Shown here in pieces: positions 19,270 to 28,969 of a stretch of DNA of 54,733 nucleotides. Below the pieces are notes generated by a model. That model saw only the letters and a program-made list of their open reading frames with translations. It was not told the DNA's origin and did no database searches. The position numbers and the translations under genes are program-made. The stretch is taken from NCBI GenBank assembly GCA_964518275.1, contig CAZFFG010000002.1:1-54733 (forward strand), written 5' to 3'. How positions within the stretch are numbered: position 1 is the first letter of the stretch; every line of letters begins with the position of its first letter. The DNA comes from an uncultured bacterium (GTDB taxonomy: Bacteria > Deinococcota > Deinococci > Deinococcales > Trueperaceae).

Positions 19270-22011
19270 GTGAAGACGTTCTACCTGATAGATGGGCACG
19301 CGCAACTGTTCCGGGCCTACTACGCACCGTTCCGCGACCTAACCAGTCCGGCGGGTGAGCCCGTGAAGGCCGTTTACGTCTTCACGCAGATGCTCCTCAA
19401 CGTGCTGCGCACCGAGAAGCCGGATTACGTGGCCGTGGCGTTCGACGTCAGCGACGCCACCACGCACCGTAAGAGCTGGTACCCCGAGTACAAGGCCAAC
19501 CGCGACCGCAGCCCCGAGGACCTCCACCAACAGTTCCTACGCGTACGCGAGGTGATCGGCGCGCTCGGGATCCCCACCTTCGAGCTGGAGGGTTACGAGG
19601 CCGACGACCTGATCGCCACCATCGCCGAGCGCCTGGCGGGTGAGCCTGTAGAGCTGCGCATCGCCAGCAAGGACAAGGACCTGCATCAGATCCTCACCCC
19701 CACGGTGAAGCTCTGGGACCCTAGCAAGGGCGACCTGCTCGACGACGAGCTCCTGCGCATCGAGAAAGGCTACGGCCCCGAGAGCGCCGTCGAGATCCAG
19801 ACCCTGGTGGGCGACTCCACCGACAACATCCCCGGCGCCGTAGGCGTGGGCGTGAAGACCGCTGTGAAGCTCATCAGCTCCTACGGCACCGCCGAGAACG
19901 TGGTAGCCCACGCGGACGAGCTGACCCCGAAGCTACGCCAGAACGTGCTGGCGCACGCGGAGCAGATGGAGCTCACGCGGCGCCTCGTGACCCTCGATCG
20001 TAACGTCCCCTTCGAGTTCGATCTCGAGGCGTGTCGCGCTCCCAAGCCGGACCTACCGCAGCTCCTCACGCTCTTCGACGGTCTCGGCTTCCGCACCTTC
20101 GCCGATCAGTTCGCGGAGCTGTACGGCGGCGCTGCCGCCGCGCCGGCGGTGGAGAGCGTCATCGCGGACCCCAGCACCACCACCCGCGTGGTCACGTCCG
20201 TGGCTGAGCTCGACGCGTTCGTGGCGCAGCTAGCCGAGCGGCCCGTCTACGCGCTCGACACCGAGACCACCGCGCTCCTGGCGGTGGACGCCGAGGTGGT
20301 GGGGTACGCCTTCTCCTGGCAGGCCGGTGAGGGTTGGTACGTGCCCGTTCGCGGCCTCGACGCTGGCGCGCCAGGCGCCGACGGTAAGCAGCTCGCCTAC
20401 CTGGACCCCGAGCTGGTGGCCGCCAAGCTGAAGCCTGTGTTGGAGGACCCGACCAGCCTGAAGGTGGGTCAGAACCTCAAGTACGACATGAACGTGCTGT
20501 GGGGCGCGGGCATCCAGTTGGCTGGTCCGCTCTTCGACACGATGGTGGCCGCCGCCCTGCTCCACCCTGAGCGCCGCACCAACAACATGGACGACCTGGC
20601 GCGCGACATGCTGGGCCTGAAGACCACCCCCATCACGGAGCTCATCGGCAAGGGCAAGAACCAGAAGTCGATGCTCGAGGTCCCGCTACCCGAGGTGGCC
20701 ACCTACGCCGCTGAGGACGCCGACATCACCTGGCGGCTCTACGAGATGCTGGCCGAGCGCTTAGAGGAGCAGCCGGAGGCCATGCAGCGCCTCTTCACAG
20801 AGGTGGAGATGCCGCTGGTGCGGGTGCTGGCGGCCATGGAGCGCGAGGGGGTCGAGCTCGACGCTGGGCTGCTCGGCGAGTACTCGCAGGCGCTCACGGT
20901 ACGCCTCGACGAGCTGCGGCAGAACCTCTTCAAGGCCGCTGGTGCAGAGTTCAACCCCGACTCCCCCAAGCAGCTCGGTGAGGTGCTCTTCGACAAGCTC
21001 GGCTTGCCGGTAGTGAAGCGCACCAAGACCGGCCGCTCCACCGATGCCGAGGTGCTAGAAACGCTGGCTTCGGAGACCGATCATCCTCTACCGCAGCTCC
21101 TGCTCGAGTACCGCGAGCTCAGTAAGCTGCTGGGCACCTACGTGCAGCCGCTACCGTCGTACCTGGCTCGCAGCACCGGCCGCCTGCACGCGTCGTTCCA
21201 TCAGACCGGCGCCGCCACGGGGCGGCTCTCGTCGTCGGACCCGAACATCCAGAACATCCCCATCCGCACGGAGGCGGGCCGGGAGATCAGGCGCGCGTTC
21301 CGAGCCGGCCCCGACAGGAACCTGGTCATGGCGGACTACTCGCAGGTGGAGCTGCGCATGCTGGCGCACTTCAGCCAAGACGAGGAGCTGGCCAAGGCGT
21401 TCCGTGAAGGCCTCGACATCCACGCCTACGTGGCTTCGCAGATCTTCGGAACGCCGCTCGAGGCCGTGAACAGCGACCAGCGGCGCGTGGCGAAGACGGT
21501 GAACTTCGGCATCATCTACGGTCAGTCGGCTTTCGGTCTGGCGCGCACCCTGCGCATCCCGCAGAAGGAGGCAGCAGCCTTCATCGCCGCTTACAAGGAG
21601 CGGTACACGGGCCTGGACCGATTCCTACAGGCGTGCGTGCAAGAGGCTGAGGAGAACGGCTTCGTGACCACCATCCTGGGCCGGCGCCGGGCCATCGACG
21701 ATATCCGCTCGCGCAACCGCAACCTGCGGCAGCTCGGCGAGCGCCTGGCCATCAACACGGTCATCCAGGGCAGCGCGGCTGACCTCATCAAGGTGGCCAT
21801 GGTTCAGCTCATGGAGCGCCTCGCCAAGGAGCACGAGGAAGCGCGTTTGCTGATCCAAGTGCATGACGAACTGGTGCTCGAGGCACCGAAGGCCGACGCC
21901 GAAGCGGTGCTCGACACCACCGTTGAGGTCATGACCACCGCGCTCCCCCTTAGTGTGCCCCTCAAGGTCGATGCCTCGTTGGGCGTCAACTGGCTCGAGG
22001 GCAAGAGCTAA
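19270..22011 (+). CDS. polA: DNA polymerase I
   Basis: 5' nuclease domain (FYLIDGHAQLFRAYY), 3'-5' exo-like domain (YALDTETT), motif A DYSQVELRMLAH, motif B RRVAKTVNFGIIYG, motif C QVHDELVLE. GTG 19270 is preferred. The ORF is open from 19186. Confidence 0.95.
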   Translation: MKTFYLIDGHAQLFRAYYAPFRDLTSPAGEPVKAVYVFTQMLLNVLRTEKPDYVAVAFDVSDATTHRKSWYPEYKANRDRSPEDLHQQFLRVREVIGALGIPTFELEGYEADDLIATIAERLAGEPVELRIASKDKDLHQILTPTVKLWDPSKGDLLDDELLRIEKGYGPESAVEIQTLVGDSTDNIPGAVGVGVKTAVKLISSYGTAENVVAHADELTPKLRQNVLAHAEQMELTRRLVTLDRNVPFEFDLEACRAPKPDLPQLLTLFDGLGFRTFADQFAELYGGAAAAPAVESVIADPSTTTRVVTSVAELDAFVAQLAERPVYALDTETTALLAVDAEVVGYAFSWQAGEGWYVPVRGLDAGAPGADGKQLAYLDPELVAAKLKPVLEDPTSLKVGQNLKYDMNVLWGAGIQLAGPLFDTMVAAALLHPERRTNNMDDLARDMLGLKTTPITELIGKGKNQKSMLEVPLPEVATYAAEDADITWRLYEMLAERLEEQPEAMQRLFTEVEMPLVRVLAAMEREGVELDAGLLGEYSQALTVRLDELRQNLFKAAGAEFNPDSPKQLGEVLFDKLGLPVVKRTKTGRSTDAEVLETLASETDHPLPQLLLEYRELSKLLGTYVQPLPSYLARSTGRLHASFHQTGAATGRLSSSDPNIQNIPIRTEAGREIRRAFRAGPDRNLVMADYSQVELRMLAHFSQDEELAKAFREGLDIHAYVASQIFGTPLEAVNSDQRRVAKTVNFGIIYGQSAFGLARTLRIPQKEAAAFIAAYKERYTGLDRFLQACVQEAEENGFVTTILGRRRAIDDIRSRNRNLRQLGERLAINTVIQGSAADLIKVAMVQLMERLAKEHEEARLLIQVHDELVLEAPKADAEAVLDTTVEVMTTALPLSVPLKVDASLGVNWLEGKS

Positions 22012-22015
22012 CGAG

Positions 22016-22044
22016 AGCGCCTCGCTTGTACTAAGCGAGGCGCT
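22016..22044. terminator. 12-bp perfect hairpin between convergent polA and the TPR gene
   Basis: agcgcctcgctt-gtact-aagcgaggcgct. Confidence 0.6.
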
Positions 22045-22090
22045 GTGCGGGTTAACGGGCCCGCGACCCTAGTCGGCGAACGTTACAGGC

Positions 22091-23032
22091 TCAGTTGCCG
22101 CTGTCGTCGGCGCTGCCGCCGCTCATCAGTCGTTGCGACTCCTGCCGGAACCAGCTGAAGGTGGCGTTGTTCGGCTGCAGGCTGGCGGCGCGCGCGTAGG
22201 CGTTGTAGGCGTCCTGGTAGTTGCCCTGCTCGAACGCCACGCGCCCGAGCCACGCCCACGCTTCGGCGTAGTTGGCGTTGCGCGCCGTGGCCTGCGCGAA
22301 GGCGTTACGAGCGGCGGTCATGTTGCCGGCCTCGTACTCGTTCACACCACGGAAGAAGGCGTTGGCGGCCTCGGTGCCCCAGCGCGCCTGAGCGCGGGCC
22401 AGGTCGAGGAAGTACTGGGCGCCCGCGTCGGACGGGTCGAGCTCGAGCACGGTCTGCCACGCGGCGATGGCCTGATCGGGGAGGCCCATCTCGATGAGGA
22501 TGCGCCCGAGCCAGCGGTGCGCTTCGACGTCGTTAGGTACCACCTGAGCGACGGCCAGGTAACGCTCGGCCGCGGTCTCTAGGTCGCCCTGCTGGTAGGA
22601 GGCGAAAGCGTTAGCGTTGGCGTCCCGCAGGAAGAGGTCGCGGGATTCGCCTTCGAGCACGCCTCCGGCTGCGATGTACTCGTTCCAGGTGCGCACGGCG
22701 GGGCCGGGCCAGTTGGAGCGGCTGTACGCCTCGGCCAGGAAGCGGAGCGGCTCGGGGTGGCCGGGGGCCAGCTGCACCGCGGTACGGCCCTCGCGGAACG
22801 CCTGCTGCCAGAGCGGGCGGTCGGGGAACTGGGCGTCGTACGTGTCCAGGGCCTCGTTCATGAGCGCCTGGCCGCGCTCGATGGCTTCGGCGGCGTTGGT
22901 CGGTAGCGTGGATTGGGCGAAAGTGGGGGAGAGGAACAGGGTGGAGAGGAGCAGGGCGAGGGCTGCCAGTCTGACGACCGGCTTGCGCCCGAGCGGGCGG
23001 TACCTTCCAGGGGATAGTTCGTTACGTCGCAT
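22091..23032 (-). CDS. Secreted TPR-repeat protein
   Basis: Signal peptide (LAALALLLSTLFLSPTFAQ) and several TPR-like A..Y/W..LG repeats. The ATG at 23032 is preceded by GGAGG with 6-nt spacing. Confidence 0.8.
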   Translation of the reverse strand: MRRNELSPGRYRPLGRKPVVRLAALALLLSTLFLSPTFAQSTLPTNAAEAIERGQALMNEALDTYDAQFPDRPLWQQAFREGRTAVQLAPGHPEPLRFLAEAYSRSNWPGPAVRTWNEYIAAGGVLEGESRDLFLRDANANAFASYQQGDLETAAERYLAVAQVVPNDVEAHRWLGRILIEMGLPDQAIAAWQTVLELDPSDAGAQYFLDLARAQARWGTEAANAFFRGVNEYEAGNMTAARNAFAQATARNANYAEAWAWLGRVAFEQGNYQDAYNAYARAASLQPNNATFSWFRQESQRLMSGGSADDSGN

Positions 23033-23332
23033 CCGATACCTCCATGTGGCGGGTCCTCTTGGCGCTGTGGCCGCGAGGTGATGACCTTGCTTCACGTTCT
23101 AACCGCCCTGTATGACTGGAGCATTAACGTCCATGATGTTCCTGAACGCTGGCTATGAGCTGCCGGTCGGGCGGTGGAGCAAGGCACCGTTGGGCACCCG
23201 TTACGTTCATGATAGGCCCGAACCGCGTTAGGTACGTATGATGGCCGTCATGTTGCGCGGCAAGCTCCGCTGCCGGCGCGGCGTTTGGGGTATGCTCCCT
23301 GCCCACGCACTCTCGTGGAGTTGGAGACCGAC

Positions 23333-24073
23333 TTGAGGATCCTAGTTAGCAACGACGACGGCGTCTTCAGCCCAGGCATCAAAGCGCTGGCGCAGGTGGC
23401 GACCGAGTTCGGGCAGGTGCGAGTGGTGGCGCCGGATGTGGAGCAGTCGGCCATGAGCCACGCCATCACCATCCGACGCCCCCTTCACTACACCAAGACC
23501 ACCATCGACGGCTTGGAAGCGTACCGGGTGGACGGCACGCCGGCCGACTGCGTGGCGCTGGGCGCCTTCCACTGGGAGTCGGTTGACCTCGTGCTCAGCG
23601 GCATCAACTTGGGTTACAACATCGGTCACAACATCTGGCACTCAGGCACCGTTGCGGCGGCTAAGCAGGCCGCGTTCTTGCGCATCCCCGCCATCGCCTT
23701 CAGCGCGCCCGGCATCGGCGCCGAGGTCGACTACGAAGCGCTGAAGCCGTACGTGCGCTCCGTTATAGAGAAGTTCCTAGCAGTACCCGACATGCTGCTC
23801 CTCAACGCCAACCTCCCGCCGCAACCGAAGGGCCTCATGTGGACCCGGCAGTCGGTTCGGCATTACGAGGGCTACGTCATCCAGGGCGAGGACCCTCTCG
23901 GTCGCACCCATTACTGGTTCGCGGAGGAGCCCACCGAACAGGTGGAGGAGGGCACGGACCGCTGGGCGGTTGAGCGCGGCATGGTGTCGCTCACGCCTAT
24001 CCGACTCGACCTCACCGACGAGCGGTTACTGCAACGCTCGCGAGCCGCGAACGCCGACGAGGTCTCCACCTGA
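23333..24073 (+). CDS. surE: 5'/3'-nucleotidase SurE
   Basis: N-terminal LRILVSNDDGVFSPGI signature. The TTG start is 5 nt after GGAGA. The ORF is open from 23285. Confidence 0.9.
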   Translation: MRILVSNDDGVFSPGIKALAQVATEFGQVRVVAPDVEQSAMSHAITIRRPLHYTKTTIDGLEAYRVDGTPADCVALGAFHWESVDLVLSGINLGYNIGHNIWHSGTVAAAKQAAFLRIPAIAFSAPGIGAEVDYEALKPYVRSVIEKFLAVPDMLLLNANLPPQPKGLMWTRQSVRHYEGYVIQGEDPLGRTHYWFAEEPTEQVEEGTDRWAVERGMVSLTPIRLDLTDERLLQRSRAANADEVST

Positions 24074-24099
24074 GCCGCGGCTGGTGCCACAACTGCGGC

Positions 24100-25191
24100 T
24101 CACGCGCTCACGCCGTCGAACTCCAACCGCGGCTGGTAGACGCCGCCCGTAGCGACCAACTGTGAGAGGGTCACGCCAAGCAGCCGGATGGGTTCGTGCG
24201 GACGTTCCGATTCGAATAGCAAGCGCCGAGCCACGGCGAGGATCTCCTCCTCGTGGCCGAGCGGCGTACTGCTGGTGTGGCTGCGAGTGATGGTGCTGAA
24301 GTCGGCGTAGCGGAGCTTCACCGTTACCGTCCTGCCGAGCACGCCGGAGCGGCTCACGCGGTGGGCTACCTCGGCGCTCAGCTCGATGAGAACGGCATCT
24401 AGTTCCGCGCGTCCTTGGAGGTCCCGCTCGAAGGTCGTCTCCGCTCCGACCGATTTGCGCTCGCGGTCTGGATCCACCCGTCTGGTGTCGCGACCGCAGG
24501 CGATCTCGTAGAAGAAGCGCCCCGTTTTGCCGAACTCTCGCTCGAGCGCGGCCGCGCCGTAAGCCCTCAGGTCTGCGCCGGTGCGGAGGCCGAGCGCGTG
24601 CATGCGCGCCTCCGTGGCCGGCCCGACCCCGAAGAAGCGCCCCACGGGCAGCGCGGCCAGGAACGCTTCTTCTTCCTCTGGGAGGATGACGCTGAGCCCG
24701 TCCGGTTTACGCAGGCCGCAGGCGACCTTCGCCAGGAACTTGCCCGAGGCCACGCCCGCCGATGCGGTGAGGCCCGTTTCTGCCCGGATGGCCTGTTTGA
24801 TGGCCCGCGCGATGAGGGTGCCGGAGGGCGGCCCGCGTTTCGGTTCGGTAACGTCGAGGTACGCCTCGTCGAGAGCGAGGGGCTCGACCAGGTCCGTGTA
24901 GCGCAGGAAGATGTCGCGGATATGGCGGGAGACCTCTCGGTACACGTCGAACCGTGCCGGCATCACCACCAGCTCAGGGCACAGCCGCAGGGCACGCCGC
25001 ATGGGCAGTGCCGAGTGGACGCCGAACTTACGCGCCTCGTAACTGGCCGCCGCTACCACGGCGCGTTCGCCGGTGCCCCCGACCGCCACGGGAAGGCCGC
25101 GAATGTGCGGGTGATCGCGTTGCTCGACCGAAGCGAAGAACGCGTCCATGTCGACGTGAACGATCTTCCGGGACCCGGCCGTTGGGCTCAT
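24100..25191 (-). CDS. dinB: DNA polymerase IV (Y-family)
   Basis: IVHVDMDAFFASVEQRD and ALDEAYLDVT catalytic motifs. The ATG at 25191 overlaps the stop of the upstream exonuclease gene (ATGA). Confidence 0.92.
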   Translation of the reverse strand: MSPTAGSRKIVHVDMDAFFASVEQRDHPHIRGLPVAVGGTGERAVVAAASYEARKFGVHSALPMRRALRLCPELVVMPARFDVYREVSRHIRDIFLRYTDLVEPLALDEAYLDVTEPKRGPPSGTLIARAIKQAIRAETGLTASAGVASGKFLAKVACGLRKPDGLSVILPEEEEAFLAALPVGRFFGVGPATEARMHALGLRTGADLRAYGAAALEREFGKTGRFFYEIACGRDTRRVDPDRERKSVGAETTFERDLQGRAELDAVLIELSAEVAHRVSRSGVLGRTVTVKLRYADFSTITRSHTSSTPLGHEEEILAVARRLLFESERPHEPIRLLGVTLSQLVATGGVYQPRLEFDGVSA

Positions 25192-26132
25192 GCCGGTACC
25201 GAGCGCGCCCCCGTCAGCCGTTCCAGCACCGCCAGCACTAGCTGGGCGTCGCCCAGGCTGCGGTGCTCCTGCGGGGCGGTGAGCACGCGCTCGACCTGGG
25301 CCGCGCGCTCCAGACGCATGCCCGCGCCGCCGAGGCCCCGCACGTGCGCGTAACCGCGCATGGCGCATTCGAACGACGGCAGGCGGGGAGCGAGGCTCCA
25401 GAGCCGGCTGGTCTGCAGGGTCATGCGCTCGTCGAAGGGTGCGTTCCAGGCGAGCACGCGGCGCCCGTTCAGCTGCCGCTCGAGCTCTAGGAGCAGCTCA
25501 GGCCAGGTGGGTGCGCCCTGCAGGTCGCTGATGGTGAGGCCGTGCACTCGCGACGCGGCCGGCGGCACGCGCCCGGACCGCGGCCAGACCTTGCTCTCCA
25601 GCAGCACCGCGCCGGTGTGATCCACCGCCGCGATCTCGATGATCTCGGCCTGGCGCCCGAGCCCAGTGGTCTCGGTGTCGAGCACCACGAAGCCCTCGTC
25701 GAAAAGCGCGGCGAGCCAGGCGCTGGGGTCGCTTGAGAGCGCTGTTGAGGTGGGGGCACGGGTGGACCTGCGCCGGCCGCCAGCGTGACCGGGTTCGCCC
25801 GGCCTCGGCGCGGAGCTAGCGCCTGGGTTGGTGGTCCTGGCCACCGCCCCTAGCGGCCTGTCTGCTGCGGGCGCGCCGGCGGGGGTGAGCCGGCTGCCGC
25901 GCGGCCAGAGATCGTGCTTGAGGCGCCGCGCCTCGCTCGTGCTGTACAGCAGGACCTCGTCGGCTCCAGCGGCGCGGAGCCGTGCACGAGGTGCGCCCAG
26001 GCGCGTGTAGTCGCGCTGGGCGAGCTCCTCCGCGGTGCGTAGGTCGCGAGGCGCCGCGCTCCGCTCGGTGTACGTCGGGAGGGCGTCGGCGTCGGCAGGA
26101 GCGTGCCCATCAGCTGCTGTCTTGCGTCCCAC
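25188..26132 (-). CDS. DEDDh 3'-5' exonuclease (DnaQ/epsilon-like) with an N-terminal ~145-aa extension
   Basis: ExoI VVLDTETTGL, ExoII LAWNAPFDERM, ExoIII HRSLGDAQL. The true start is uncertain because the N-terminal region is partly low-complexity. Confidence 0.8.
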   Translation of the reverse strand: MGRKTAADGHAPADADALPTYTERSAAPRDLRTAEELAQRDYTRLGAPRARLRAAGADEVLLYSTSEARRLKHDLWPRGSRLTPAGAPAADRPLGAVARTTNPGASSAPRPGEPGHAGGRRRSTRAPTSTALSSDPSAWLAALFDEGFVVLDTETTGLGRQAEIIEIAAVDHTGAVLLESKVWPRSGRVPPAASRVHGLTISDLQGAPTWPELLLELERQLNGRRVLAWNAPFDERMTLQTSRLWSLAPRLPSFECAMRGYAHVRGLGGAGMRLERAAQVERVLTAPQEHRSLGDAQLVLAVLERLTGARSVPA

Positions 26133-26182
26133 GACCGGAGTCTACCGGCTCGCCGGCTGGGGGCGTGCAACGCAGGCGTAGT

Positions 26183-26242
26183 GGTACGTGAGGGTACGTG
26201 AGGGATCGTGTGCCCGTGATCGTGTTCGGGTGGTTCGTGTGG
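26183..26242. repeat. Tandem decamer GGTACGTGAG x2 followed by degenerate CGTG-containing copies
   Basis: ggtacgtgag ggtacgtgag ggatcgtgtg ...gatcgtgtt...ggttcgtgtgg. It lies 50-110 nt upstream of the exonuclease-dinB start. Confidence 0.7.
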
Positions 26243-26258
26243 CGGCGGCCCGCGCGTG

Positions 26259-26873
26259 TTAGTCGAGGTAACCGTGCACGGTGAACGCCGCCAGCGCGCC
26301 GTTCTCTAGCCTGACGCTCACCTGTACCGGCGCGGCGTGAGTGGGGGAGAGCAGGTAGGTCTCCACGGCGCCTTCCTCGAACAGCAAGGTCTCGTTGGCA
26401 AGCGCCTGGCGCACCGTGGCTGCCGGCATGCCGACCCGGAGGCCCGCGAACTCGACGTCGTTCCGTTCAACCCGCACGCTCTTCAAGAACCGGCTGGAGC
26501 TGTGACCGACCTCGTAGACCTCTACCGCCACCCCCGGGTAGCTGAGGGTGCGCAGGGTGTCGGTCTGGTGTGGGTCGTGAAGGTTGGCGACCTGTCGCTC
26601 GGTGGTGTGGGTGGCGGAGGGTAGCGCCGCCAGTGCAAGTTCTGCGACATCGGGGCCGCTGGGGTCTGAAAGCGCTACCAGCAGCGCCCCGACGTCGAAG
26701 CTCGCGGCCTCGAGCGCGGAGGAGGGTGCCGGGGTCGGCGTGGTGACGGTGGCGGTGTCTGCGCAGGCAGCGAGGGTCAGCAGGACGATGACGGCCAGCG
26801 CCAGGCGCGTTGCCGCGTGGTGCAGGCGGGGGTTGGTGCTGCGGTTGGTGTAGTTGGTTGCGAGGTTTCGCAT
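26259..26873 (-). CDS. Hypothetical lipoprotein
   Basis: Lipobox-like LTLAAC after a hydrophobic signal segment. No other motif. Confidence 0.65.
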   Translation of the reverse strand: MRNLATNYTNRSTNPRLHHAATRLALAVIVLLTLAACADTATVTTPTPAPSSALEAASFDVGALLVALSDPSGPDVAELALAALPSATHTTERQVANLHDPHQTDTLRTLSYPGVAVEVYEVGHSSSRFLKSVRVERNDVEFAGLRVGMPAATVRQALANETLLFEEGAVETYLLSPTHAAPVQVSVRLENGALAAFTVHGYLD

Positions 26874-27190
26874 GGGACCTCCTCGATGATCGAGAAGCTG
26901 TGACGTGAACGGAGGCGTTCCTAGGCTTCCGGCTTCCCTCGTAAGGGGTCTCGTGGGCCGGACCGGGCCTAACGGTATGCCGGCGACCTCCTGTGCAGGC
27001 GAGAGCTCGTCACAAGGGCTCTCATCTGTTACTCATCATACCGCGTGGGTCAGGCTCACGTGCGCTCGCTGGAGACGGGTCCGCGTCGCTGCGTCGCGGG
27101 CGCCAGGTGTTGGCATACAACGCTCCTCGCTTCGCTGAGGGTTGGGAGTGCCTCGCTACAATGGCGCAAAGCGAACAGGAGGTGGGGCAC

Positions 27191-27637
27191 GTGCAGATCC
27201 GGAAGACGGTCAGGCAGTTGCTTCTCGAGAAGGGCACCACGGTCTACACCGTGGCGCCAGACGCCAGCGTGTTCGACGCGCTGCAGCTCATGGCCGAAAG
27301 GAACGTCGGTGCGTTGCCGGTGGTGGCCGGAGGTGAGCTCGTGGGCATCTTCTCAGAGCGCGACTACGCGCGCAAGGTCATCCTCCACGGTCACGCTTCG
27401 CGCGACACGCCAGTGCGGGCCATCATGACGCCGAACGTGGTCACGGTCACGCCCGATCAGGACCTCAGCGACTGCATGCGCATCATGACCGACAAGCGCA
27501 TCCGCCACCTACCCGTCATGGACGGGGGGCGGCAGGTCGGGGTGCTGTCGATAGGCGACGTGATGAAGGCCGTGCTGGCCGAGCAGGAGTTCCTCATCGG
27601 GCAGCTCAGCGACTACATCGGGGGCGTCACCGTCTAA
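27191..27637 (+). CDS. CBS-pair domain protein
   Basis: Two CBS motifs (VGALPVV...GIFSERD; IRHLPVM...GVLSIGD). GTG 27191 lies 8 nt after GGAGGTG, and TACAAT lies at 27156-27161. An ATG at 27161 is the alternative. Confidence 0.85.
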   Translation: MQIRKTVRQLLLEKGTTVYTVAPDASVFDALQLMAERNVGALPVVAGGELVGIFSERDYARKVILHGHASRDTPVRAIMTPNVVTVTPDQDLSDCMRIMTDKRIRHLPVMDGGRQVGVLSIGDVMKAVLAEQEFLIGQLSDYIGGVTV

Positions 27638-27757
27638 GGCGGCTGCGGCGGGCGGTTGCCCGCTGTGGGCGCGCACTGTTCGCGGCGCCGGATAGTTTTA
27701 CAAGTCGGGGGTTGGTAAAGCGCTCCTGGTCGTGCTAGATTGCCACTAGGTGAGACC

Positions 27758-28969
27758 ATGAACGCGAAGTACCTGGTGGTAGGCGGCGGCATGACAGCCG
27801 ACGCGGCGGTGAAGGCGCTACGGCGCTCCGATCCGAGTGGCTCAGTTCTCCTGGTGGGGCGCGAGGCCCACGCGCCGTACAAGCGCCCACCTCTCTCCAA
27901 GGGGCTCTGGTGGGAAGACCCGCCGCCCCGTACGGACCTCGCCACCGCCGACAGCGGCGCCAGCTTGCTGCTAGGGGTAGCGGTCGAGCGGCTCGACGTG
28001 CCGGGCCGTGCAGCGCATCTGTCCGACGGCCGGGTGGTGCGCTTCGAGAAGGCGCTCCTCGCCACCGGCGCCAGCGCCCGCAACTTGCCGGTGCTGGCAG
28101 GCTTACAGAACGTGTACGCCTACCGCACGTTCACAGATTTCCAGGCCGTACAGAGCGCGGTCGCGCCCGGCACGCGAGTGGTGGTGGTCGGGGGCGGCTT
28201 CATAGGTTCGGAGATGGCGGCGGCGCTCACGCGGCGCGGCGCCCAAGTCACCATGGTGTTCCCCGAAGCCTCCATCGGTGGTGGGCGCTTCCCGGCCTCC
28301 ATAGCGGCGGTGGTCGACGCCGATTACCGCGAGCGGGGCGTGGAGCTCAAGAGCGGTAGCTCCGTAACAGCGGCACGGAACGAGGGCCAAGCCGTGGTGC
28401 TCACGCTAGACGACGGCTCCGAGCTGGCGGCCGACCTTGTGGTGGTGGGTGTGGGCGCCGTACCTAACGACGAGCTGGCGGCGGCCGCTGGCCTGCGCAC
28501 CGGCAACGGTGTGGCGGTCGACTCGAGGCTGCGGGTGCTCGATGCAGCTGGGCAGGCGGTGGAGCATGTTCTCGCAGCAGGCGACGTGGCCAGCTTCGAG
28601 TGGCCCGCGCTGGGTCGGCGCCTTCGCATCGAGCACGAGGACAACGCCTACAGCATGGGCAGTTACGCGGGTAAGGCCATGGCCACGGCCGAGGTCGGTA
28701 CGCCGTACGACCACTTGCCGTTCTTCTACTCCGACCTGTTCGACAACGGCTACGAGGCTGTCGGGTTGCTAGACCCGCGCCTCACCGTGGTGGAGGACTG
28801 GCGTCAGCCAGGGAAGGAAGGCGTCGTCTACTACCTAGAGGACGGCCGAGTTCGGGGCGTACTGCTCTGGAACACCTGGGGTCAGGTCGACGCCGCGCGC
28901 GACCTCATCTCGCACCCTGGCCCCCACGCACCCGAAGACCTGATCGGGAGGTTACCTGAAGATGATTAG
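27758..28969 (+). CDS. FAD-dependent pyridine nucleotide-disulfide oxidoreductase (ferredoxin-reductase/AIF-like)
   Basis: Two dinucleotide-binding motifs, VVGGGMTADAA and VVVVGGGFIGSEMAAAL. C-terminal reductase-type domain. Confidence 0.88.
   Translation: MNAKYLVVGGGMTADAAVKALRRSDPSGSVLLVGREAHAPYKRPPLSKGLWWEDPPPRTDLATADSGASLLLGVAVERLDVPGRAAHLSDGRVVRFEKALLATGASARNLPVLAGLQNVYAYRTFTDFQAVQSAVAPGTRVVVVGGGFIGSEMAAALTRRGAQVTMVFPEASIGGGRFPASIAAVVDADYRERGVELKSGSSVTAARNEGQAVVLTLDDGSELAADLVVVGVGAVPNDELAAAAGLRTGNGVAVDSRLRVLDAAGQAVEHVLAAGDVASFEWPALGRRLRIEHEDNAYSMGSYAGKAMATAEVGTPYDHLPFFYSDLFDNGYEAVGLLDPRLTVVEDWRQPGKEGVVYYLEDGRVRGVLLWNTWGQVDAARDLISHPGPHAPEDLIGRLPEDD

Noticed and set aside
19138-26258. Search for a Deinococcus-type radiation/desiccation response motif (an A/T-rich ~17-bp palindrome of the TTATGT...ACATAA kind) upstream of polA, dinB, ligA, rarA and alkA.
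   Set aside because: I found no such palindrome in any of these upstream regions by eye, so I make no claim of DdrO/IrrE-type control. A proper PWM scan would be needed to exclude weak matches.
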